Below are positions 47,211-56,182 of a stretch of DNA of 64,000 nucleotides, piece by piece. Position 1 is the first letter of the stretch. Each line of letters starts with the position of its first letter. The notes under the pieces were generated by a model, which saw nothing but the letters and a program-made list of their open reading frames with translations, was not told the origin of the DNA and did no database searches. The translations under genes and the position numbers were made by a program. The DNA comes from Eubacterium sp. (lineage in GTDB: Bacteria > Bacillota > Clostridia > Lachnospirales > Lachnospiraceae): contig JAFOIV010000068.1 in NCBI GenBank assembly GCA_017420535.1, positions 7,541-71,540 on the forward strand, in the 5' to 3' direction.

Positions 47211-49844
47211 GTGGCACAGGAAAAAATGTCACCTATGATGGTGCATTATCTAAAAACAAAAGAAGAATATAAAGATTCAATACTTTTTTACAGACTTGGT
47301 GATTTTTACGAAATGTTCTTTGATGATGCCATTCTTGTATCAAAAGAACTTGAACTTACCCTTACAGGCAGGGATTGTGGACTTAGTGAGAGGGCTCCTA
47401 TGTGTGGGATCCCTTTTCATGCTGCCAATGTATATATAAGTAAACTTATAGCAAAAGGGTATAAGGTAGCAATATGCGAGCAGGTGGAAGATCCAAAGCT
47501 TGCAAAAGGACTTGTGGAGAGAAAGGTTATAAAGATAGTTACTCCTGGTACTAATATGGCACCAGAAGCTCTTGATGAAGAGAAAAATAATTATCTTATG
47601 TGTATTTCATTTTCAGGTATCAGCTATGGAATAGCTGTAACTGATATTTCTACAGGGGAATTTAGTACCACTTTCTTAGATAACGGAAATAAGGTTATTG
47701 ATGAGATCAATAAATTCGAACCTAGTGAGATCATAATTCAAAAATCATTTAATGAATCAGGAACTGATATAAAAGAGCTTACAGAAAAACTCTCAATAAG
47801 TGTAAGCGAAGCTCCTGATTATTATTTCGATTACGATTCCTGCCAGAAGATAATTGAGAGATATTTAAAGGTATCATCACTTGAAGGCCTGGGTCTGCAT
47901 GATTTTAATGATACTGTTATAGCAAGTGGAGCTCTTCTTAAATATATTGAAGAGACTCAGATGTCAGCATTAAATCAGATCAATTTTATTAATTTATATT
48001 TTGTTAATCAGTACATGGTAATAGATTCTTCCACCAGAAGAAATCTTGAATTAACTGAAACTATGAGAGAAAAAGCTAAGCGTGGCTCACTGCTTTGGGT
48101 GCTTGATAAGACCAAAACTGCCATGGGTGCCCGTAAGCTTAGAAAATTTGTGGATCAGCCGCTGCTTTCAAAGGAGAAGATCCTTGATAGATATGATGCC
48201 ATTGAAGCATTAAATAATGACCTTATGACAAGAGATGAAATGAGAGAATATCTCGGGGCCATTTATGATCTTGAAAGATTAATGACAAGGATTTCAATTA
48301 AGACAGCTAATCCAAGGGATCTGCTTTCTTTTAAGAACAGTCTTAAATATCTGCCATATATTAAGGATCTTATCAGAAATCTCAAGGGAAATATATTTAA
48401 GAATATTTATGAAGATTATGATGATCTAAATGATATTTATGAAACCCTTGAAGCTGCCATAAGTGAAGATGCACCTCTTACCATTAAAGAGGGTGGAATT
48501 TTTAAGGACGGCTTCAGTAAACAGATTGATGATTTTAAGCTTCGTAAGGCAAATTCCAAGAACCTGCTTGCTGAGTTAGAAGAAAAAGAAAGACAGAATT
48601 CTGGAATTAAAAATCTTAAGATTAAATTCAATAAGGTATTTGGATATTATTTTGAAGTAACCAATTCTAATAAAGATATGGTTCCTGATTATTTTATCAG
48701 AAAGCAGACACTTGCAAATGCTGAAAGATTTACTACAGCAGAATTAAATGATCTTTCAGATGAGATCCTTAATGCTGAAGATAAATTATTTGCCCTTGAA
48801 TATGAAGTCTATACAGAACTTAGAGATGATATTGCTGCTAAAACTGTTAGAGTTCAGAAGATGGCAGAATATATAGCTGAAATTGATGCTTTGGCTTCAT
48901 TATCCTATGTAGCAGTAAAGAATCATTATGTAAGACCAGAAATTAATGATAATGGTGTGATTGATATTAAAGACGGTCGTCACCCGGTTGTTGAATTAGT
49001 AACAGGAGATGACAGCTTTATTCCCAATGATACCTTCCTTGATAATCAGGGCAACAGAATATCAATAATCACTGGACCTAATATGGCTGGTAAATCTACT
49101 TATATGAGACAGACTGCTATAATCACTTTAATGGCACAGGTTGGTTCATTTGTACCGGCGGCCTCTGCATCTATCTGCCTTTGCGACAGGATATTTACAC
49201 GTGTTGGAGCAAGTGATGATCTAGCCCAGGGCCAGTCAACATTTATGGTTGAAATGAGTGAGGTAGCTAATATCCTTAGAAATGCTACTAAAGACTCTCT
49301 TATCATCTTAGATGAGATAGGTCGTGGAACTTCAACCTTTGATGGACTTTCAATAGCCTGGGCAGTGGTAGAATATATCGCTGATAATGATATTTTGGGA
49401 GCAAAAACCTTATTTGCAACTCACTATCATGAGCTTACAGAATTGGAAGGAAAGTTATCCTCTGTGAATAACTACTGTATCGCAATAAAGCAGGACAGGG
49501 ATTCTATCGTATTCCTTCGTAAGATAATAAAGGGCGGAGCTGATAGATCCTATGGTATTGAAGTTGCAAAACTTGCAGGAGTTCCGGAGATAGTTATAAA
49601 TAGAGCAAGAGAGATTTCTGCTTTACTTGAAGAGGAAGATATAACCGGAAATGCTAAGAATATAGAAGTTAAATCTCTTAAAAATAAAGAAAAGAATAAA
49701 AAAGAAGAAGATGGACAGCTTTCATTATTTGCTAGTCCTGAGGAATTATCTATTACAGCTGAGATAAAAGCTATGGATCTTAATAATATGACACCGGTTA
49801 AGGCTATGCTTTATCTTTCAGAACTTAAAGAAAGGCTTAAGTAA
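47211..49844 (+). CDS. mutS: DNA mismatch repair protein MutS
   Basis: TPMM-like N-terminus with FYE(M)F, Walker A GPNMAGKST, DEIGRGTST, and 877 aa. GTG start. Confidence 0.97.
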   Translation: MAQEKMSPMMVHYLKTKEEYKDSILFYRLGDFYEMFFDDAILVSKELELTLTGRDCGLSERAPMCGIPFHAANVYISKLIAKGYKVAICEQVEDPKLAKGLVERKVIKIVTPGTNMAPEALDEEKNNYLMCISFSGISYGIAVTDISTGEFSTTFLDNGNKVIDEINKFEPSEIIIQKSFNESGTDIKELTEKLSISVSEAPDYYFDYDSCQKIIERYLKVSSLEGLGLHDFNDTVIASGALLKYIEETQMSALNQINFINLYFVNQYMVIDSSTRRNLELTETMREKAKRGSLLWVLDKTKTAMGARKLRKFVDQPLLSKEKILDRYDAIEALNNDLMTRDEMREYLGAIYDLERLMTRISIKTANPRDLLSFKNSLKYLPYIKDLIRNLKGNIFKNIYEDYDDLNDIYETLEAAISEDAPLTIKEGGIFKDGFSKQIDDFKLRKANSKNLLAELEEKERQNSGIKNLKIKFNKVFGYYFEVTNSNKDMVPDYFIRKQTLANAERFTTAELNDLSDEILNAEDKLFALEYEVYTELRDDIAAKTVRVQKMAEYIAEIDALASLSYVAVKNHYVRPEINDNGVIDIKDGRHPVVELVTGDDSFIPNDTFLDNQGNRISIITGPNMAGKSTYMRQTAIITLMAQVGSFVPAASASICLCDRIFTRVGASDDLAQGQSTFMVEMSEVANILRNATKDSLIILDEIGRGTSTFDGLSIAWAVVEYIADNDILGAKTLFATHYHELTELEGKLSSVNNYCIAIKQDRDSIVFLRKIIKGGADRSYGIEVAKLAGVPEIVINRAREISALLEEEDITGNAKNIEVKSLKNKEKNKKEEDGQLSLFASPEELSITAEIKAMDLNNMTPVKAMLYLSELKERLK

Positions 49845-51851
49845 ATGATCAATGTACTTGACCAGAGTACCATCGACAAGATCGCTGCAGGTGAAGTAAT
49901 CGAGCGACCAATGTCGATCGTAAAAGAACTTGTTGAAAATTCAATAGATGCAGGAGCCACTAAGATCACTGTTGAGATTAAAGATGGCGGAACTAGCTTT
50001 ATCCGTGTAACTGATAATGGTTCAGGTATTGAAAAAGATGATGTTAAAAAAGCGTATCTTAGCCACGCCACATCAAAGCTTAATACAGCTGAGGATCTTA
50101 TAGGTATAGGAACCCTTGGCTTTAGAGGTGAAGCTCTTTCTACCATTGCAGCTGTTACACAGACTGAAATGATAACTAAAACTGCAGATTCTTTAGTGGG
50201 TCTTAAGTACGTAATAGAAGGTGGTAAGGAAATTGAATTTAAGGAAATAGGTGCTCCTAAGGGAACAACAATTATAGCTAAAAATATTTTCTATAATACC
50301 CCTGTAAGGCTTAAATTCCTTAAATCCAATATGACTGAAGGTTCATATATAAATGACCTTATCAGCCATATTGCCATGTCTCACCCGGAAGTATCCATGA
50401 CTCTTATCTCCAATGGTAAGACCATAATAGATACTACAGGTAACGATAATATTAAAGAAACTATCTATAAGCTTTATGGAAGAGAAATAGCTTCAAGCCT
50501 TCTTCCTGCAGATTATAGTGAAGGCAGGATCCATATTCATGGATACGTTGGAAAGCCATTTCTTGCCAGAGGAAACAGGGGCTTTGAGAATTATTTCGTA
50601 AATGGAAGATATATAAAGAGTCCTATAATCAATAGAGCTATAGAAGAAGCTTATAAAACATATATAATGCAGCATAAATTTCCGTTTACAGTGCTCTTTA
50701 TAGATATTCCTAAAGAGGAATGTGATGTAAATATACATCCGGCTAAAAGAGAATTTAAATATGGAAATGAAAAAGAGCTGTTCTCTGCAGTTTATCATGC
50801 AGTAGCTTCAGGCCTTGCCAATAAAGAAATGATCCCTAATGCTGAAGTGGATTATGGAACAAGAGATAAGCACTATAAAGTAAGACCTGATGTGACTGAA
50901 GAAAAGAAAGAAATAAAGACAGAGATTAGACCGGTTGAAAGACCGGTAGAAAGGCAAGTTGAAAGGTCAGTAGAAAGACCAGTAGAAAAGTCAGTAGAAA
51001 GACCGGCAGAAAAGGTAGAGATACCAAGACCTAAAAAATCCGCTTCTTCATATAATATCCTGGAATCTTTACTTCCAGAATCCTTTAGAAAAAAGCTTAT
51101 GGAAGAAGAGACCAGGCCTTCTTATGAAACTGAAACAAAGCCTGAGGCTAATGTGACTCCTGAGCCGGAAGTAAAGGAAGAAGAAAAAGAAGATATCATA
51201 GAAGAAACTCCTAAGTATGAATTTAAGCAGGAGACTTTAACAAGTTCCGGATATTTAGAACCGGAAGCTTTTAAGAAACATACTATAATCGGACAGGTTT
51301 TTAAGACTTACTGGATATCTGAATTTGATAATTCTCTTTATATAATGGATCAGCATGCAGCTCATGAAAAGCTTAATTATGAAACATTTTTAAAGGAATT
51401 TAAGGAAAGAGAAGTAGTAAGCCAGTCTCTTTATCCTCCAATGATCATCAACCTTTCAGCCGCTGAAAAGGCAGCTGTAATGGAGAATGAAGAATTGTTC
51501 CAAAAGACCGGCTTTGATCTTGAAGATTTCGGCGGAAATGATGTTAAGATCAGTGCAGTGCCTGTTAATTTAGAAGGCTTATCAGGAAAAGAGATCTTCC
51601 TTGAATTTGCTGATTACCTTTCAAAGGGTGTATCTGGAGTTACAGAGGATATATTTGTCCATAAGATTGCTACAATGGGATGTAAAGCGGCTATAAAAGG
51701 AAATCAAAAGATTTCTTTAATGGAAGCACAGCAGCTTATTGAAAAACTTATGACTCTTGATAATCCTTATACTTGTCCTCATGGACGACCAACGATAATT
51801 AAGATCACAAAAGAAGATCTGGAGAAAAAATTTAAGAGGATCGTTGAATGA
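49845..51851 (+). CDS. mutL: DNA mismatch repair protein MutL
   Basis: GHKL ATPase motifs (ELVENSIDAGA, DNGSGI, GFRGEAL) and a C-terminal endonuclease-domain motif (DQHAAHEK). Confidence 0.97.
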   Translation: MINVLDQSTIDKIAAGEVIERPMSIVKELVENSIDAGATKITVEIKDGGTSFIRVTDNGSGIEKDDVKKAYLSHATSKLNTAEDLIGIGTLGFRGEALSTIAAVTQTEMITKTADSLVGLKYVIEGGKEIEFKEIGAPKGTTIIAKNIFYNTPVRLKFLKSNMTEGSYINDLISHIAMSHPEVSMTLISNGKTIIDTTGNDNIKETIYKLYGREIASSLLPADYSEGRIHIHGYVGKPFLARGNRGFENYFVNGRYIKSPIINRAIEEAYKTYIMQHKFPFTVLFIDIPKEECDVNIHPAKREFKYGNEKELFSAVYHAVASGLANKEMIPNAEVDYGTRDKHYKVRPDVTEEKKEIKTEIRPVERPVERQVERSVERPVEKSVERPAEKVEIPRPKKSASSYNILESLLPESFRKKLMEEETRPSYETETKPEANVTPEPEVKEEEKEDIIEETPKYEFKQETLTSSGYLEPEAFKKHTIIGQVFKTYWISEFDNSLYIMDQHAAHEKLNYETFLKEFKEREVVSQSLYPPMIINLSAAEKAAVMENEELFQKTGFDLEDFGGNDVKISAVPVNLEGLSGKEIFLEFADYLSKGVSGVTEDIFVHKIATMGCKAAIKGNQKISLMEAQQLIEKLMTLDNPYTCPHGRPTIIKITKEDLEKKFKRIVE

Positions 51852-52792
51852 AACCAGTAATAGTACTTACAGGACCTACTGCAGTCGGAAAAACAGATCT
51901 TTCTATCAAACTGGCTAAATTAGTAAATGGAGAGATCATTTCTGCTGATTCCATGCAGGTCTATAAAGAAATGAATATAGGAACCGCAAAGATCACAGCA
52001 AAAGAAATGCAGGGTGTAAGGCATCATCTGATAGATATATTAGAACCGGATGAGGATTTTAATGTAGCTTTATTTACTGAGCTGGCCACAGATGCTGCAA
52101 AAAATATCCATGACAGAGGTAAGATCCCTGTTGTTGCTGGTGGAACAGGCTTTTATATTCAGGCGTTTTTAAAAGGTGTTAATTTTAATGATGAACCTGA
52201 AAATGAAAAGGAACGCCTTAGGTTAGAAAAAATAGCAGAATCAGAAGAGGGAAGAAAACAGTTATATGATGAACTCGCCCTTGTGGATCCTGAAGCTGCA
52301 AAAAAGATACATCCAAATAACATTAAACGAGTGATCAGAGCTCTATCATTTTATAAATTAAATGGAAATAAAATTTCAGAGCATAATGATACAGAGAAGG
52401 AAAAGCCTTCAAGATATAATTCTTGTTATTTTGTTCTTACTATGGACCGAGAGAAGTTATATCAGCGTATTGAAAAAAGAATTGATATAATGGTTGAGGC
52501 TGGTCTTATTGAGGAAGTAAAAAGACTGTATGACAGGGGACTTACAGAAGAAAATATTTCCATGCAGGGTATTGGTTACAAAGAAATACTTGAATATATA
52601 AAGGGAAATGTTACAAAAGAGGAAGCTCTTTATAATCTTCGTCTTAATACAAGACATTTTGCTAAAAGGCAGCTTACATGGTTTAGACATGAGAAAGATG
52701 CCATCATCATAAATAAAGATGAATTTAAAAATGATGATGAAATACTTCTGTATATGGAAAAAATCTTAAGATCGAAAGGAATTATTGATTAA
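51848..52792 (+). CDS. miaA: tRNA dimethylallyltransferase MiaA
   Basis: P-loop GPTAVGKT, SADSMQVYK, and 314 aa. Confidence 0.95.
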   Translation: MKPVIVLTGPTAVGKTDLSIKLAKLVNGEIISADSMQVYKEMNIGTAKITAKEMQGVRHHLIDILEPDEDFNVALFTELATDAAKNIHDRGKIPVVAGGTGFYIQAFLKGVNFNDEPENEKERLRLEKIAESEEGRKQLYDELALVDPEAAKKIHPNNIKRVIRALSFYKLNGNKISEHNDTEKEKPSRYNSCYFVLTMDREKLYQRIEKRIDIMVEAGLIEEVKRLYDRGLTEENISMQGIGYKEILEYIKGNVTKEEALYNLRLNTRHFAKRQLTWFRHEKDAIIINKDEFKNDDEILLYMEKILRSKGIID

Positions 52793-54078
52793 TGAGTAAT
52801 GCATTAAAAGAGTATTACATGTCTCTTGGAATTGATGAAAAAGTATATGATTATTGCAACGAAGTAGAAGAAGGTCTTAAAGAAAGATTTGAAAAAATAG
52901 ATAAGATCGCTGAACAGAATCAGATTAAAGTAATAAAGGCTATGCAGAAAGCAAGACTTGCTGAAGAACATCTCTATGGTTCTACAGGTTATGGATATAA
53001 TGATTCAGGTCGTGATGCACTTGAGATAATCTATTCAGAAGTATTCCATACAGAGGATGCCCTTGTTAGACAGCAGATCACTTGCGGAACTCATGCCCTT
53101 ACAATTGCTCTTGCTGGTAATACAAGACCAGGAGATGAGATCCTTTCAATTGCTGGAAAAGTATATGATACTCTTCAGGGAGTTATCGGTGTAAGAGAAG
53201 AAAAAGGAAGTCTTAAAGAATTCGGTATCACCTATGATCAGGTGGATCTTTTAGAAGACGGAAGCTTTGACTTTGAAAATATTAAAAAGAAGATCAAACC
53301 AAACACAAAGCTGATTGAAATTCAGCGTTCAAAGGGATATGACACACGTCCAACCCTATCAGTAGATCAGATTGGAGAAGCAATTAAATTCGTTAAATCC
53401 ATTAAAGAAGATGTTATCGTTATGGTAGATAACTGTTATGGAGAATTTGTTGAATTAAAGGAGCCAACTGATGTTGGGGCTGATCTTTGTGTTGGTTCAC
53501 TTATAAAGAATCCGGGAGGCGGCCTTGCACCTCTGGGTGGTTATATAGTAGGAAGAAAAGATCTGATAGAAAACTGTGCCATAAGACTTACAACACCAGG
53601 TCTTGCTAAAGAAGTTGGTGCAACTCTTGGTCTTACAAGACAGTTTACTCAGGGGCTTTTCCTTGCTCCAACAGTAACTGCCGCTGCACTTAAGGGTGCG
53701 ATCTTTGCTGCCAATATATATGAAAAGCTTGGATATAAAGCTATTCCAAATGCTACAGAAGAAAGACATGACATTATTGAATGTATTGAATTTAATGATA
53801 AAGATATAATGTGTGCATTTGCAGAAGGAATTCAGGCAGCGGCTCCTGTTGACAGCTTTGTTAAGCCTATTCCATGGGCAATGCCGGGCTATGACTGTGA
53901 TGTTATCATGGCTGCTGGAGCATTTGTATCAGGTTCATCTATTGAACTTTCAGCAGATGGCCCTGTTAAAGAGCCTTATGCTATATATTTCCAGGGAGGA
54001 CTTACCTATCCTCATGCAAAGCTGGGAATAATCTATTCATTACAGAAAATTGTAGAAAAAAAGCTTATCAAATGGTAA
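52792..54078 (+). CDS. YnbB-like PLP-dependent enzyme (aluminium-resistance / methionine gamma-lyase-like family)
   Basis: N-terminal block YGSTGYGYNDSGRD and overall length typical of this family. Positioned after miaA, as in other Firmicutes. Confidence 0.75.
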   Translation: MSNALKEYYMSLGIDEKVYDYCNEVEEGLKERFEKIDKIAEQNQIKVIKAMQKARLAEEHLYGSTGYGYNDSGRDALEIIYSEVFHTEDALVRQQITCGTHALTIALAGNTRPGDEILSIAGKVYDTLQGVIGVREEKGSLKEFGITYDQVDLLEDGSFDFENIKKKIKPNTKLIEIQRSKGYDTRPTLSVDQIGEAIKFVKSIKEDVIVMVDNCYGEFVELKEPTDVGADLCVGSLIKNPGGGLAPLGGYIVGRKDLIENCAIRLTTPGLAKEVGATLGLTRQFTQGLFLAPTVTAAALKGAIFAANIYEKLGYKAIPNATEERHDIIECIEFNDKDIMCAFAEGIQAAAPVDSFVKPIPWAMPGYDCDVIMAAGAFVSGSSIELSADGPVKEPYAIYFQGGLTYPHAKLGIIYSLQKIVEKKLIKW

Positions 54079-54136
54079 GCTTTTAAGATATCATATTAAA
54101 CTCCCGAAGAGGCGCAAAAGATAAGGGAGGTTTTAT

Positions 54137-54838
54137 ATGAATAATTTAAGAGTCGTTGATATGGCTGATAATGAAAAGCCTGTTGAAAAAGCTTTGATGT
54201 ATGGCATTGATAGTCTCAGTGATGCTGAGCTGCTGGCCATAATAATAAAGTGTGGAACTAAAGAACATAGTGCTATACAACTAGCCCAGCTGATACTTAA
54301 TAAAGACCCTGTATATAAGGGGATAGTTGGGCTTAATTATCTTTCATTAGATGACCTTACCAGCATACCTGGTATTGGGAAAATGAAAGCGGCCCAGATT
54401 ATAGCTTTGACAGAAATCTCAAGAAGGATGAGCCGTAACAGTTTTAAAGACAGCCTTAAACTGAAGGATCCTAAAAGTATAGCTGATTATTATATGGAAA
54501 AGGTCAGATACCTTACAAGAGAAAAAGTATATGTTCTATATTTATCCAGTGCCCTGAATCTTCTTAGTGAAGAACAGATTTCTGAAGGCACAATTGACAG
54601 ATCTCTGGTTTCAGCAGGAGAAGTGTTTAAGAAGGCATTAAGATTAAATGCTTCCTGTATCATTTTAATTCATAATCATCCATCAGGTGACCCAACCCCA
54701 AGCGAAGCGGACATCAGTGTAACAAAAAAGCTGATAAAAACCGGGGAAATGCTGGGGATTAGAGTAGTTGATCATATCATCATAGGTGATAAAAAATATT
54801 TTAGTATAGCCGAAAGAGGGTACATAAATGAAAATTGA
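54137..54838 (+). CDS. radC: RadC-family JAB-domain protein
   Basis: HhH-like N-terminus (LLAIIIKCGTK, IPGIGKMKAAQI) and JAMM motif HNHPSGDPTPS. Confidence 0.9.
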   Translation: MNNLRVVDMADNEKPVEKALMYGIDSLSDAELLAIIIKCGTKEHSAIQLAQLILNKDPVYKGIVGLNYLSLDDLTSIPGIGKMKAAQIIALTEISRRMSRNSFKDSLKLKDPKSIADYYMEKVRYLTREKVYVLYLSSALNLLSEEQISEGTIDRSLVSAGEVFKKALRLNASCIILIHNHPSGDPTPSEADISVTKKLIKTGEMLGIRVVDHIIIGDKKYFSIAERGYINEN

Positions 54839-55679
54839 TTACAAGAAAGATCTACACCCAAAATATCTGCTTTTGACTTTATCAGTCATTTGTGTGATTC
54901 TTATCATTCTTTCCGTGTTTATGAAGAATTCACTGGCACCTATCAGAAATGCAGCTTCAAGTATAATCAATCCACTTCAAAAAGGCGTAAATGAGATTGG
55001 CCTCTGGGTGGAAGATAAGTTAGAAATCTTTGGAAATATTAAAGATCTTAAAGAAGAAAATCAGAGATTAAAAGAAGAGAATAAAGTAAATGAAGAAAAG
55101 CTTGCCAGAAATGAAGCAGAGCTTACAGAACTTCAGGATTTAAGAGATCTTTATAATCTTGATAAGATGTATCCTGAATATAATAAGATAGCTGCAAGAG
55201 TTTTCTCAGTAAATGTTTCAGGCTGGTTTGCGGAATTCTATATTGATAAAGGCTTAAATGACGGAGTATATGAAGATTGTAATGTGCTTTCAGATAGTGG
55301 CCTTATCGGTATAGTAGAAGAATCATATGCAGATTATTCAAAAGTCAGAGCTATAATCGATGATCATTCAAAGATCACAGCAGAAATAGGTTCTAAGGGT
55401 TCACTTTGCACTGTTGAAGGAAGTCTTAAGACTATGGATGATGGATATATCTATGCAAGAAACATAGATAAAAATGCTGGTATTAAGGAAGGTGACAGAG
55501 TAATAACCTCAAGCGTATCAGACAGATACCTTTATGGACTTACTATTGGCTATGTCACTGAGATTAAAGACGATACAAATAACCTTACAAAGACAGCTAA
55601 GATTACACCAGCTGAAAACTTTAATGATATTAAAGATGTCCTTGTAATAACAGATAGAAAAAAGAAAGTGTCATATTAA
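54828..55679 (+). CDS. mreC: rod shape-determining protein MreC
   Basis: N-terminal TM, coiled coil (LKEENQRLKEEN), C-terminal beta domains with GLIG.V and GD.V.TS motifs. Confidence 0.85.
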   Translation: MKIDYKKDLHPKYLLLTLSVICVILIILSVFMKNSLAPIRNAASSIINPLQKGVNEIGLWVEDKLEIFGNIKDLKEENQRLKEENKVNEEKLARNEAELTELQDLRDLYNLDKMYPEYNKIAARVFSVNVSGWFAEFYIDKGLNDGVYEDCNVLSDSGLIGIVEESYADYSKVRAIIDDHSKITAEIGSKGSLCTVEGSLKTMDDGYIYARNIDKNAGIKEGDRVITSSVSDRYLYGLTIGYVTEIKDDTNNLTKTAKITPAENFNDIKDVLVITDRKKKVSY

Positions 55680-56182
55680 TGAGACGAGTAATAACCTTAT
55701 TCTTCCTGATAATAATTACATTTCTGATACAGACTACGCTATTTTCATTTCATGATGTTACTGGAATAGCGCCTAATTTATTGCTTATAATGACAATGTC
55801 ATTTGGTATCTTACGTGGCAGACGAGAAGGGCTTCTTATAGGTTTCTTTTCAGGTCTTCTGTTTGACTTGTTATATAACGAAATATTAGGACCTTATGCT
55901 TTTATTTTCATGGTGATTGGTTACGTAAATGGCTTTTTCCATAAGACATTCCTTATGGAAGACGTTTTACTTCCGGTACTTATCGTGTCAGTAGACCAGT
56001 TTGTTTTAGATTTTTTAATTTATCTGGCTTCATTCTTATTAAGATACAGAACAGAATTTACTTATTATTTTAAACACATCATTTTGCCTCAGGTTCTTTA
56101 TACAGCAGTTGTTACTGCTATTATTTACAGAGGCTATGTATTGATTAACAGATATTTAAAGAAAAAGGCACAAAATAAATGA
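55679..56182 (+). CDS. mreD: rod shape-determining protein MreD
   Basis: 167-aa polytopic membrane protein immediately after mreC with overlapping stop and start. Confidence 0.7.
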   Translation: MRRVITLFFLIIITFLIQTTLFSFHDVTGIAPNLLLIMTMSFGILRGRREGLLIGFFSGLLFDLLYNEILGPYAFIFMVIGYVNGFFHKTFLMEDVLLPVLIVSVDQFVLDFLIYLASFLLRYRTEFTYYFKHIILPQVLYTAVVTAIIYRGYVLINRYLKKKAQNK

